Of a stretch of 64,000 nt of DNA, positions 51,029-62,805 are shown piece by piece. How positions within the stretch are numbered: the first letter of the stretch is position 1; each line of letters starts with the position of its first letter. The stretch covers positions 1,116,001 through 1,180,000 of the forward strand of contig JAWMAR010000007.1 of the NCBI GenBank assembly GCA_036785375.1, written 5' to 3'. The notes beneath the pieces were generated by a model, which saw nothing but the letters and a program-made list of their open reading frames with translations, made no database searches and was not told the DNA's origin. The stretch comes from Leucoraja ocellata (Eukaryota). Both the position numbers and the translations under genes were made by a program.

Positions 51029-51779
51029 CACCTCTTTCCATGTTCTATATCCAAACCATATCAGATCCCAACTATGCCCTGGTCTCCTCAGGAAAACTGA
51101 AGCAAAGTGACACAGCGCATCCTGGAAAAGGATTGTGTCTCTGCAGGATGACAGCTGCCACCTGGCCTGTTGTTCACTTCTGCTGTATCATTGGGTTGTT
51201 GCCAATGCAGTAGGTTACACCGTGCTGTCAGCCCTTCCCAGTTCTCACCTTGGAATATTGACACTGGGTCTCGTCTTCATTCTGTTCCAAATGGAATCAA
51301 AGCCTTCATTCAGAATTTCCTTGTGCATTTAAAAATATATTTAAATTGCATTAAATCTAGGGAAAATTACCAACTAGTGTCAGCAACAGCTGCTATGAAC
51401 CAGAGGGTCACTGATTGAATTTAACCTCCACACATCTGCCAGGAAATTGGATCATGTCGGGACAGATGGCTAATTTTGGGCATTTGGCAAGAGCAATGAT
51501 GAGGAGACCTTTCTGTGATTACATGCTCAGGAGAATAAAGGTGTTGAGGAAAAATTGCAATGAGTTAATGAGAATGCTTTAACCTATGTGAGAAGCAGTG
51601 AGTTCAGACAGATGTCTGATTTTACTCTTCATTGAGTAATAAAATTAGACTGCATCATGTAAAGCATTTACTGATTCTAATTTCTCCAGGCTGGGTTCAG
51701 TAAGGTTGGTGCAATATATTACGAATGATACAGATGCAGGGAGACAGTGAACGATAAGACAATAAGAATGGGAATCAAA

Positions 51780-52088
51780 GGGGTGACACGGTGGCACAGC
51801 GGTAGAGTTGCTGCCTTACAGCACCAGAGACCTGGGTTCGATCCTGACTACGGGTGCTGTCTGTATTGAGTTTGTACGTTCTCCCCGTGACCTGCGTGAG
51901 TTTTCACTGGGTGCTCCGACTTCCTCCACCACTCCAAAGACGAGCAGGTTTGTAGTTTCATTGGCTTCGGTAAGAAATTGTAAATTGTCCCTCGTTTGTG
52001 AAGGATAGTGTTAATGTGCGGGGATTGCTGACCAGCGTGGGCTGAACGGCCTGTTTCCGCGCTGTATCTCTAAACTCAACTAAAACTA
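51780..52088 (+). mobile_element. HE1-type V-SINE
   Basis: A/B boxes, V-domain, tail. Confidence 0.85.
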
Positions 52089-52811
52089 GATTGAATTGCA
52101 TGAAAAAAGTATTTTACATCTGGCACATTTCACCAGGAGACAATCGTTAGTGAAACATATTCTGTATAAAATAGAATTCTGAGTGACTACTGCCTAAAAA
52201 TGGGTGCAATGCAAAGCAATTTTTATGACAGTTGATCTTAGAGAGTGAACTGCTACAATTTGCAGTTTTTCTTTTCTTTAGTTGGTTCATCAGAGTGACT
52301 CATGTTATGTACATCTTCCAATAAGTTTGGACTAAAAATGGAAAATGTTGGAAGAAAGCTTAATATTTTGACATAGATCTTTATTCGCGTATGTTTTGTT
52401 TTATTTTAGATTTCTGGCACGTGAACTTGTTTTTGCTATAAATATAATCTGCTCATGTATGCTGAACATTTAAAAAAAGATGCAAGCAATTAAAAAAAAA
52501 CCTGCTTGGGGTATTCAGAAGCAGAATAACATATGGTTTCCTGGGCAATGTTTTGATTAAAATATTTTTTTGTGTATCTAATAGCATAACTTATTTAGGT
52601 TAAATTTTTCTTTAGGCACTGACTATTGTCAGCAAAAACATACTATAATCTAGCATGTTCATGATTACAGGATAGAGCTACCCTGGATATAAAGTGACGA
52701 TCATTAGCTATGTCCCTTCATGAACTAATGTCAATGAATTATAAATGATCAAGGACAAGACATCACATATTGGTCTGAATGCAGCTTCATGTTCACTACT
52801 TTTTTTTGCAG

Positions 52812-53019
52812 GTTCAACTTTGATGGCATCGATGCGGACAGTGAAGGAGATGAAATTTCAGATCGATCTCAGGGTTCATGTACTCCAAAGTCTCCAAACT
52901 CTGCTGCAGCATTTGCTAGCAGTGGGGATGAACTGGACTCATTTGAGACTCACCAGGAAACTGAGATGGACATAAAGGGACCTGAATCCATCCCTTCCTC
53001 AGGCAGACTACTGTCCAAG
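52812..53019 (+). CDS. ARHGEF28: ARHGEF28 internal exon (phase 2-0; FNFDGIDADSEGDE...SSGDELDSFET...LLSK)
   Basis: Acceptor ttttttgcag|, donor AAG|gtacat; DADSEG and SGDELDSFET are ARHGEF28 motifs. Confidence 0.93.
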
Positions 53020-53536
53020 GTACATGGGTAAATTATGTTAGAGAAAAACTGAATCAATGCTTATGGGTTACTTGAAGTTGGAGTAATCAATATTCATATC
53101 ATTGAGTTGTAAGCTGACCAAGCAAAATATGAGGTGCTGTTCCTCCAAATTGCTACAATGTGAGCAATTGTCCTGGATAGATCTGATAGACCAATAATGA
53201 TGGTCTGCATCCCAGGGTACTTAAGGAAATGGCTCTAGAAATTGTGGTTGCATTGGTGGTCATTTTCCAATGTTCTATAGATTCAGATCAGTTCCTGTGG
53301 ATTCTAGGGTAGCTAATGTTATCCCACTTTTTAAGAAAGGCGGGAGAGAGAAAACAGGGAATTATAGACCAGTTAGCCTGACATCGGTGGTGGGGAAGAA
53401 GCTGGAGTCAATTATGAAAGTAGGGATTAACGGGTCCCTTTCAGAATTGCAGGCAGTGACTAGTGGGGTACTGCAAGGCTCAGTGCTGGGACCGCAGCTA
53501 CATAAAATATAATCATTTAGATGAAGGGATTAAAAG

Positions 53537-54495
53537 CAAAGATCTTATTGCAGAGCAATATGGTCCACTCCGCTAAAAAGCCGTAGTAGGGTCATGGGTA
53601 ATCTTCAACGCCATTTCCGTAACCGGCTTCCATCATGGCGTCAAGCTAATTCAGGGAGATTCTGCTATATCAGGCTGAGAGATTAAAGGATAGCCACAAA
53701 ATGCAGCAGGTCAGGCGGCATTTTTGGACAAAAGGAATAGGTGACATTTCGGGTCGAGACCCGTCTTCAGACTGAGTCAGGGGAAAATGGAACTCAAACT
53801 ATCTCCCCCCCCTTCCCTCCGACACGGACACGGAGCAATCGCCGCCCCCCCCCTTTTTTTTGTTAAACATCTATTTCCTTTGGATGTCTTAATTTCCCCC
53901 TTACCATTTACGTACTTTTTCGATAGCTGCCATGATCCGTTTGATGTCATCCTTCGCTCTGCTCCCAGTCTCNNNNNNNNNNNNNNNNNNNNNNNNNNNN
54001 NNNNNNNNNNNNNNNNNNNNNNNNNNNNNNNNNNNNNNNNNNNNNNNNNNNNNNNNNNNNNNNNNNNNNNNNNNNNNNNNNNNNNNNNNNNNNNNNNNNN
54101 NNNNNNNNNNGCCGGCACCAAGAGCGAGCGAATGTGCGGACAGACGGACGGAAGCAAAGATCATAGAGAGGAATAGGTGACATTTCGGGTCGAGACCCTT
54201 CTTCTGAGTCAGGGGAAAGGAGAACAAGTGATATAGACGGTACTAAGGACAAATGAATGGAAGATATGCCCATATCTCCCATTTCCCTTTCCCTTGAATG
54301 CGTCTGAAGAAGGGTCTCGACTCGAAATGTCCACCTATGCCGCACTATGATCTTTGCTTTCGTCCGTTGTCTGCCCGTTCGCGACATTTGGGTCGGGTTT
54401 ACTGAAATGGCGGTAGTTACGCTCCGGTGCGTATTACACGTCAGTCCATTGTATTTCGTAAGAGTGGACCATCTTGCTCTGCTCTAAGATCTTTG
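53537..54495. mobile_element. Non-autonomous TIR DNA transposon, 8-bp TSD (P-like or hAT-like); spans an assembly gap
   Basis: ~34-bp TIRs caaagatcttattgcagagcaatatggtccactc / gagtggaccatcttgctctgctctaagatctttg; TSD attaaaag/attcaaag. Confidence 0.8.
53973..54110. other. Assembly gap (N run)
   Basis: 138 N. Confidence 1.
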
Positions 54496-55068
54496 ATTCA
54501 AAGTAACTTTAGCAAATTTGCAGGTCACACAAAGCAGGGTGGCAGTGTGAACTGTGAGGAGGATGCTATGAGAATGCAGGGTGACTTGGACAGGTTGGGT
54601 GAGTGGGCAGATGCTTGGCAGATGCAGTTTAATGTGGATAAATGTTGAGGTTATCCACTTTGGTAGCAAAAACAGGAAGGCAGATTATTATCTGAATGGT
54701 GTCAAGTTGGGAAAATGGGAAGTACAACTAGATCTGGGGGGTCCTTGTTCATCAGTAACTGAAAGTAAGCATGCAGGTAGAGCAGGCAGTGAAGAAAGCG
54801 AATGGCATGTTGGACTTCATAACAAGAGGAATTGAGTATAGGAGCAAAGAGGTCCTTCTGCAGTTGTACAGGGCCCTAGTGAGACCTGTAGTATTGTGGA
54901 CAGTTTTGGTCTCCAAATTTGAGGAAGGACATTCTTGCTATTGAGTGAGTGCAGCGTAGGTTCACCAGGTTAATTCCCGGGATGGCGGGACTATCATATG
55001 TTGATAGAATGGAACAGCTGGGCTTGTACACTCTGGAATTTAGTATGAGAGGGGATCTTATTGAAACA

Positions 55069-55936
55069 CTTGATTAAGTGTCTCAATACACACACACACA
55101 CACGCGCACACAGACTCACGCACACAGACTCATGCACCATATATATGACAATACATTTTCTTGAATCTACTCACATGGCTGAGCGCGGCCTCTCCACTGT
55201 GGGGCTTCCGCAATCAGCGCGACCTCTGCATTCACCGGAAATTACGCGTTCAGCGCAACCTGTCCACTAAGCGGAAGTCACAAAACGAGTGGGACCTTTG
55301 GACTAAACACAGTCTGACCTAATAAAGCATTTATTCTTTCCAAAAACAGTCGGACCTAATAAAGCATTTATTCCTTCCAAACACAGTCGGACCTAATAAA
55401 GCATTGCCGTTTCAAGCACAGGGAGGGCAGCAGGCCAGACAACTCATGATATTGTCATTTCATTTCCAATTAAGCATTGCACTTTCAAGCACAGGCAGGG
55501 CAGCAGGCCAAACAACTCATGGCATTGTCATTAAGGGCTAAAAATCATTTATTGCAAGTACATTGCAGACTCACAGTTCAGTTGATTCACAGCTTAGAAT
55601 GACAGTCGTGGCCTCTCCCTCGCGATCTTGCAGAATGATTGACTCACGTCCAGGCATTCAGAGTTCTATGGTCCTGCACCCTCCCCCCCACCCCACCCCC
55701 CCAGAAGGGGGCGTTACCTTCATCATGGTGATTGACAGATGAGAGGACCAATCAGCTGATCTCGAGGTTTTTTAACTATTCATAACTTTTTTTATTTTCC
55801 ATCGATGGGAAAAATCCTCGGAGCTGGCTCAGCAGAGGAGGACTGAGTAAAATAGCCAAAAAAATCAGTGTTTTTTCTAAAATCAATATATAGTGCAGAC
55901 AGGAAGTGGTCAAGATGAGACTTTTAATTATATAGA
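55069..55936 (-). mobile_element. Non-autonomous Helitron (relative of 41010-42841)
   Basis: Inserted at gaaacA|Tataag of CR1 with no TSD; minus-strand 5' TCTATATAATTAAAAG; left end cttgattaagtg resembles ctagactaagtg; shared subterminal module; internal tandem repeats. Confidence 0.8.
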
Positions 55937-56175
55937 TATAAGATATATTAAGGGTTTGAACATGCTAGAGGCAAGAACCATGTTCCCAATCTTGGGGGAG
56001 TCTAGAACCAGGGGCCACAGTTTAAGGATAAGGGGTAGGCCTTTTAGAACAGAGATGAGGAAAAACGTTTTCATCCCGAGAGTTGTGAATGTGTGGAATT
56101 CTCTGCCTCAGAAGGCAGTGGAGGCCGATTCTCTGGATGCTTTTTAAGGTAGAGTTAAATGGAGCTCTTAAAGAT

Positions 56176-56610
56176 AGTAGAGTTAGAGTGCAGAAAATCC
56201 TCAAGGGCGAAGGTGAACAGCCGGAAGTGGTAGTGCATGTCGGCACAAACGATGTCGGAAAGAAGGGGATGAATATTCTGCAGCGTGACTTTAGAGTGCT
56301 CGGAAAAATGCTGAAAAGCAGGACCTCCAAGGTGGTAATTTCCGGTTTGCTTCCAGTTCCTCGTGCTGGCAAAAGCAGGAACAGGGAGATACGGGACCTG
56401 AATGTGTGGCTGAGGAACTGGTGCAGGGGGCAGGGATTTAGATTCTTAGATCACTGGGATCTGTATTGGAGTAAGGAGGAACTGTATAAAAGGGACGGAT
56501 TGCATCTTAATAGGTGGGGGACCAACATTCTGGCAGGCAGGTTTACCACTGCTACACGGGTGGTTTTAAACTGAATAAGGGGGGTGGGGTGTCAAATGGG
56601 ATAGTGAACT
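56176..56610 (+). mobile_element. CR1 ORF1 fragment encoding an SGNH esterase-like domain
   Basis: VVVHVGTND and DGLHLN motifs, open to TGA at 56572-56574. Confidence 0.85.
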
Positions 56611-56964
56611 TCCTGGTTTTGTCTACATGCAACTCAATTCTATGCATTCTGTTTGATTAATGAACATGCCTGTTAAGAATGTTGTCTCTGGTTGGTAATA
56701 TTGAGCACACTATGTACAGTAGTTGTGACAGCACCTTGTACTCTTCCTCTAACATGCATTTCATTGACTTCAGTGAAATGGATTTCAGTCAGAGCGAAAT
56801 GTGCTGATGCTTCTTTATAATGGACTTATTGTGTCTAATGTCCATTATTAAATCTCATGGAAAATCTATGGCAAATCACAGGTGGAATAAATGTTCACTG
56901 CTGATTGCAAAATCTGGTCCTTTTTTTCCCCCGAGGTATAGTAATGTACATACATTTTTTATAG

Positions 56965-57497
56965 ACAGACACAAAAAGCTGGAGTAACTCAGCGGGCCAG
57001 ACAGCATTTCTGGAGAAAAGGAATAGGTGATGTTTCGGGTCAAGACCCTTTTTCAGACTGAGAGTCAGGGGAAAGGGAAATGAGAGATACAGATGGTGAT
57101 GTCAAGAGATACAGAACAAATGAATGAAAGATATGCAAAAAAGTAAGAACTATAAAGGGAACAGGCCATTGTTAGCTGTTTGTTTGGTGAGAACGAGTTA
57201 CAATGAGACTCAACAAGATGGCTTTGAAGCCTGTATGATGGGTGGGGGAGGGATGGAGAGAGGGAGAATGCAGAGGTTAATTAAAGTTAGAGAAATCAAA
57301 ATTCATACCACTGAGTTGTAAACTGCCCAAGCGAAATACGAGGTGCTGTTCCTCCAATTTGCGTTTGGCCTCAATCTGACAATGGAGGAGGCCTCGGACA
57401 GAAAGGTCAGTGTGGGAATGGGAAGGGTAATTAAAGTGTTTGGCAACTGGGAGATCAGGTAGGTCCAGGCTGACCGAACTGAGGTGTTCAGCGAAAC
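56965..57497 (-). mobile_element. Penelope-like element 3' end (GIY-YIG endonuclease C-terminus, 3' UTR and hammerhead terminus)
   Basis: Minus translation FAEHLSSV..DLPVAKHFN.PSHSHTDLSV.GLLHCQ.EAKRKLEEQHLVFRLGSLQ.SGMN, then the hammerhead-bearing terminus. Confidence 0.85.
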
Positions 57498-57957
57498 TAT
57501 AAATTTTATATACGTGATTTAAATCAGCTTTGTTGTCAAGTACGTTGTCAGTGTGCTGTCATGCATGACCATGTTGATATAAAAATTCCATGTCTTTTTT
57601 TGCGTGCCATGAGCTAAATGGTATGGCATCACAGCTCTGTAGTAAACGTGATTGATGTAGATTGGATGGCTAAATTACACAAGTATAACATACTACATGT
57701 TCTAAAACATCTTTTGCAAAATATTAATACGTAAAGTGCGTATTTTCATAAGATAACGCAAGTTGCATAGCAGACTACTTGAATTGGTCACAATAATAAA
57801 CTATTCAAAATCTGCTCGTGTAGGACATGTGTTGGACATTTGAGGTAAGTACTCTGTTCGTTTCAATGGAGCTCAAAAGGTTTTATCTCTGTAGGAGCTG
57901 TCCTGTGGTAGAGTCCAGCATTTTATGCTTGACATCATTTTTATCTGTTCTTTAAAG

Positions 57958-58072
57958 GAGACTGAAGATTCTGGGATTCGAATGCGATCATATTCCCTTT
58001 CCTCGCCTAAAGTATCGCAAAATAAATCTCGATTCGCAAGGGATTTTAGTTTGTGTGATTCCACAAGTGAAG
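57958..58072 (+). CDS. ARHGEF28: ARHGEF28 internal exon (phase 0-1; ETEDSGIRMRSYSLSSPKVSQNKSRFARDFSLCDSTSE)
   Basis: Acceptor ctgttctttaaag|, donor GAAG|gttagt; RSYSxSSPK motif. Confidence 0.92.
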
Positions 58073-58784
58073 GTTAGTGTCGTTTAAAAAAAAAAAAATG
58101 CGTAGCGTATCAAAATATTGAAATATATTTCTGACATGAATGAGGATTAGTAATGCTGTAGTTACTGATATTTTCCATTGTATCCATAGCTTCTCGATTT
58201 CACATTCATGTCTGTTGCTGAATAATTCAATTATTTTTGCTCTTGGATTAATTTGTTATAGTATGATATGGTATATGATAGATTATAATTTCAGTTTCAG
58301 TTTAGTTTTCTTGTCACATGTACCGAGGTACAGTGAAAAGCTTTATTCTAATTTGTTCTCTAAACATAATGTTCACCTACAAGCAGTTTTGACTGAACAA
58401 TACATGTGATACTATGTAGTCAAGTATCCCAGCAAATTCAGCTTTGGAATGCCACCTGGATTTGCCAGAAACGGAGTCTCAAAAGAGTGATCAGTAATCA
58501 CTTGGTCAATGTTGGCAACTCTTTGCTTTATTCAATAAAACATCGGTCCCTGTGTGTGAATTTAACTTGTTTAAAAGGGAGGAGAAGTAGGAACCTGACC
58601 ATTCACATCTTGTGCATCTTGCAGTAGCCTTTTTTCAGCTAATATAAAGCATGTAGGCCCTGGATGCGTGGGAATAGGCGAGTAAGAAAATAGTGGAACT
58701 ACAGAAATATGTAACTACTACTGATGTTAAATTAATTTCTAATGGGAAGTAACTTGATCAAGTGATAAACATGCTGTTTACCTC

Positions 58785-59520
58785 ATGACATCCCTGATCC
58801 CGGAACGCACTCCGGTAGGCCCGACTCGCCCCACAAGCCTCCCAGGGGGCTGTGGTGAAGCCAGGCGGCGAGGCCTGCCTGGGGCGGAAGAGCTTCAGTG
58901 GAGGCAACGATGGGAGCCTTGGCGGCGGCAGCAGGAGCTTCAGCGGAGGCGACGATGAGAGCCTCGGCCACGGCAGCAGGAGCCTCAGCAGCAGCGTGAG
59001 CCTCGACGGCAACAGGGGCGCCGTCAGTGGTGGGCCCTCGGTGGCAACGGGGGTCTCAGCGACAATGGGAACCTCTACAGCAACATGAACCTCGGCGGCA
59101 GCATGGCCTAATGATCAACTCACAATCAACGATCGATGAGCGTGAGGGGGGGGGGGAGTGGAAGACAATGGGGACCTGGCACGGGGGGGGACTGCCATGA
59201 AGAACAAAGGGGGACCCGGTGTGGGGGGATCACCGTGAGGGTCAGTGGGAGACGTAGTGTGTGGGGGAGGGGGGAGGGGGGGGGGGGGGGGTGATGACTC
59301 TAGTTTACAATCCTTTATCCAGGGGATAAATCTGTATTTGTTCGTTTGTTTGTTCATTTGTTGCGGTGAAGGCGCTGTGCACACGGCAGCCAGCCAACTG
59401 TCGCTTGTCTTTTTCTTTTGTTTTCACTTGTAATTTCCAGTTTTTCGTGTACCTTGTTGTGTGTTGGGTTTTTCGGCAGACCCATTTCCCTCCGGGAATA
59501 AAGTTTTATCGTATCATTGC
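58785..59520 (+). mobile_element. GC-rich non-autonomous element with Rex-type 3' tail
   Basis: Internal ~18-21-bp GC repeats; tail atttccctccgggaataaagttttatcgtatc resembles the 34225 LINE tail. Confidence 0.6.
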
Positions 59521-59843
59521 GTAGGTCTTCTTTGAGATTATTTTATATCCATTTATCATTAGATTGCCACTAATACAGATAAAAGGCTAAATTTACTACA
59601 TTGAAATATTCAATAAGCAATTGAATAGGAAACAATATTAGAAACCATTTAGAACCAATATTAGAAAAATATTTAAAACCACATAATTTCGTCTGTGCTC
59701 TGTGTTCACTGCTTCTTTGTAATTCCGATGTTATTCCTTATTGATAGCTGATCGATTGTATATCCAGGGGATTAGACTTGCCATGAATTGGATTCAATTA
59801 GATTTCATGTGTTCATTATGATGAGTCTGTCCCTGCTCTGTAG

Positions 59844-59921
59844 ATGGTGTTCTCAGCAGTGGACGTTCCCTTCTTCAGGCGCTCTCCCTGTCTAAATCAG
59901 TTTCTCTGCTACACCATGGTA
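59844..59921 (+). CDS. ARHGEF28: ARHGEF28 symmetric phase 1-1 exon (DGVLSSGRSLLQALSLSKSVSLLHHG)
   Basis: Acceptor ccctgctctgtag|; tandem donors after 59918 (gtagta) or 59921 (gtaagt); 75/78 nt, open. Confidence 0.8.
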
Positions 59922-60206
59922 GTAAGTACCACTTGCATTTAGATAACCCTGTCACTTTTCTGCACAAAATTCCCGCCTGCTACCTTTTTGTGCCATTGTT
60001 CTTTATTTCTGAATTCACACTTTTAGTTCTAATCAATGTTATTGGTTGTGGAATGAAGCATTGAGAGGCATGTGGCTTGAAAATTGCTGGTGCTGCCCAT
60101 TATATTTCATAGCTTGCTTGTACCAACTGAATTATCCATATGTTAAACTTACTTTAACACTGCGAGAACTCACATATCATAATTGAGATCTCTCAACATT
60201 TCTCAC

Positions 60207-60648
60207 AGTGATACAGTGTGGAAACAGGCCCTTCGGTCCAACTTGCCCACACCGGCCAACATGTCCCAGCTACATTAGTCCTACCAGCCTGCGTTTGGTC
60301 CATATTCTTCCAAACCTGTCCCATCCGTGTACCTGTCTAACTGTTTCTTGGACATTGGGATAGTCCCAGCCTCAACTACCTCCTCTGGCAGCTTGTTCCA
60401 TGCACCCACCACCCTTTGTGTGAAAAAGTTACCCCTCTGATTCCTATTAAATCTTTTCCCCTTCACTTTAAACGCAAGTCCTCTGGTCCTTGATTCTCTC
60501 GGCAAGAGACGGTGCATCTGCCCAATCTATTCCTCTCATGATTTTGTACACCTCTATAAGATCCCCCCTCATTCTCCTGCACTCCAAGGAATAGAGTCCC
60601 AGCCTACTCAACCCCTCCCTAGAGCTCAAGCCCTCTATTCCTGGCAAC
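60207..60648 (-). mobile_element. CR1 3' fragment
   Basis: LPGIEGLS.REGLSRLGLYSLE.RRMRGDLIEVYK; FFTQRVVGAWNKLP. Confidence 0.9.
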
Positions 60649-62147
60649 AAAGTGGTGGTTAGTACAAAATTTCAACTGAAACATACTGTATCGCCGATAA
60701 TCAAAGAATGTATCTGCTACATGATGAGCCCAACAAGAATAAACTGGTTAACACCGTGCAGCCCAACTCGTGCACCCAAGGAGATATAATAATAATAATT
60801 GGCCCTAGTTTTATCCCATCACAATGTCAAAGAGGATCTTGAACTACAACTCCGTTATTTTTCCAGAAATCTGTACCAAACGTTCATTGCTTTTAATGTG
60901 AAACATCCTATTTCTTTCTTCCACTGCTTTGGGCAAATGCTCTGCTTTAATTAATGGTAACTTTATTTTACTGCCTGATTTTTTCAACACTTATTGGGTA
61001 GAGCCACTCATTAAAATCCTCTTTCAGCCTAAGGAGACATAGTTTCTCTCGTCTGTGTCATGCAGGCCTCCAAAGTGGAGATCAATCTTATGACATACGG
61101 TTCATTGCACCCAGAGTTTGGATGTTTCCCATGTGCCTTGTTAATGAAAGCTAAATACATTCTTCCCTCAGCAAATCGATATGGGAGCGTAAAGGCCTAT
61201 CTCCTGATTGACAATGTAAAGAGAATAATTGATTCAATGTTTCTACTCGTGTATCACATCAAATTCCATTTAATAAGCTTGCATGTGTTCCCTAATCATG
61301 TTTCAGCAAGCCCCATTGTAAGAAAATTATCATTGTATGGCATGTTTTCTGTAATATTGTTGGTGTCATTTTCACTGAAGCTGCTATTTGTTTGTGGTAA
61401 TTGCTTTTCTTACTATTGGTGAGAGCTTGTTGTTCTCCTTCTGTTAATTGATGCCATGTCATTTACAGGGTCACAGTAATGATATTGTCCGGCAGTCAGC
61501 CTTTCACGTATTTTTAGAGTGCTGGATTTTAGGCTCGATATCACCTCCACTAAATTACTGGTTTTGATGCTGCTTTTGGATGGCTGATGTGGACAAACAA
61601 ACATTGACCTCGCTTGCAGAGAGAGAGAGCTGGAGCTGGTAGTCTCAGTTAAAATAAAGTCATAAATCAGGTGCCAGACGTTATGGGTAGAAGGCAGGAG
61701 AATTGGGTTAGGAGTGAGAGATAGATCAGCCATGAATGAATGACGGAGTAGACTTGATGTGCCGAATGGCCTAATTCTACTCCTATTCCTTACGACCTCG
61801 TAATCACACACCTGCGCAAATTAGACTACTCTTTGTGCTTTGGCCCAATGTTAACTATCTACATTCCTCCTCGTGGTGAAATAGGGATACAGCATTGCTC
61901 CCACCTCCCCTTGTTGTCAGAATCTGACACCTTGCTCCAAATTACCATGCAGGTCATGATTCAGAAGAATTTTTCTTCTAGAACACGAGCAACTGCTGAA
62001 TTGATGCTTGAATCTTGAGCAAAACACAAAGTGCTTGCATGCCAAATAGGATTGCAGTACACTTAGGGAGGAGCCCTGGGGCTCTGGGCTTCTGCTCCGT
62101 TAGGATGACAACTCACAACATCTGCACGGACCCCTTTACCAGATCTT

Positions 62148-62440
62148 AGAATCACATAGAGTGATACAGTGTGGAAACAGGCCCTTCGGCCCAACTCGCC
62201 CACACCGGCCAACAATGTCCCAGGTACCCTAGTCCCACTTGCTTGCTCTTGGCCCATATCCCTCCAAACCTGTCCTATCCATGTACCTCTCTAGCTGTTT
62301 CTTAAAAGATGGGATAGTCCCAGCCTCAACTACCTCCTCTGGCAGCTTGTTCCACACACCCGCCACCCTTTGTGTGAAAAAATTACCCCTCTGATTCCTA
62401 TTAAATCTTTTCCCCTTCACCTTGAACCTATGTTCTCTGA
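62148..62440 (-). mobile_element. CR1 3' fragment
   Basis: HRFKVKGKRFNRNQRGNFFTQRVAGVWNKLPEEVVEA. Confidence 0.9.
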
Positions 62441-62805
62441 TTCTGTAGGTAAATGGTGGACTATGGGGGGAATTTATGGGAAAATGTCGCAAATTAAAAA
62501 TGGGATTATTGTAGATTGTGTGTAAATGGTTTGCTGAGAACAAGGTGGGTGGAATAACCTGTTTCTGTGCTATATTTCCCTAGAACACTATGACTGTTGG
62601 CTAGGGTAGTCAGTCTGGTTGGTTACTAGGCATTAATGAAAAGCTGCATAGATTCAATTAATGGAAAGCTGCCTGTTCTGATTAACACCTACCCCATTTA
62701 TATGCCCTTCCATTTCCTGGATTATTGCTCTCACCATCTTTTGTCATCCATGTGCATCTTCACAGAAAAGAGAAAATGAGAGGGGTAATAAATAATTGAT
62801 AATAC

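Larger units (their letters stand above)
53205..56175 (+). mobile_element. CR1 ORF2 (RT) fragment interrupted by a TIR element (53537-54495) and a Helitron (55069-55936)
   Basis: VANVIPLFKKG..GNYRPVSLTSVVGK; GVLQGSVLGP; KFAGHTK..MQGDLDRLGEWADAWQMQFNVDKC; ESRTRGHSL. Reads continuously once the inserts are removed. Confidence 0.9.

Noticed and set aside
53777-54387. ORFs of 80-146 aa
   Set aside because: Artefacts of the N gap.
56089-56574. Standalone host lipase/esterase gene
   Set aside because: Lacks the N-terminal GDS motif, starts within CR1 ORF2 sequence and matches CR1 ORF1.
58758-59088. Gly/Ser-rich keratin-like ORF
   Set aside because: GC-rich tandem repeats within a non-autonomous element; no splice context.
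61060-61811. 120-132 aa ORFs or the next ARHGEF28 exon
   Set aside because: No homology; the expected next motif (QRAYSL-like) was not found, so that exon probably lies beyond the window.
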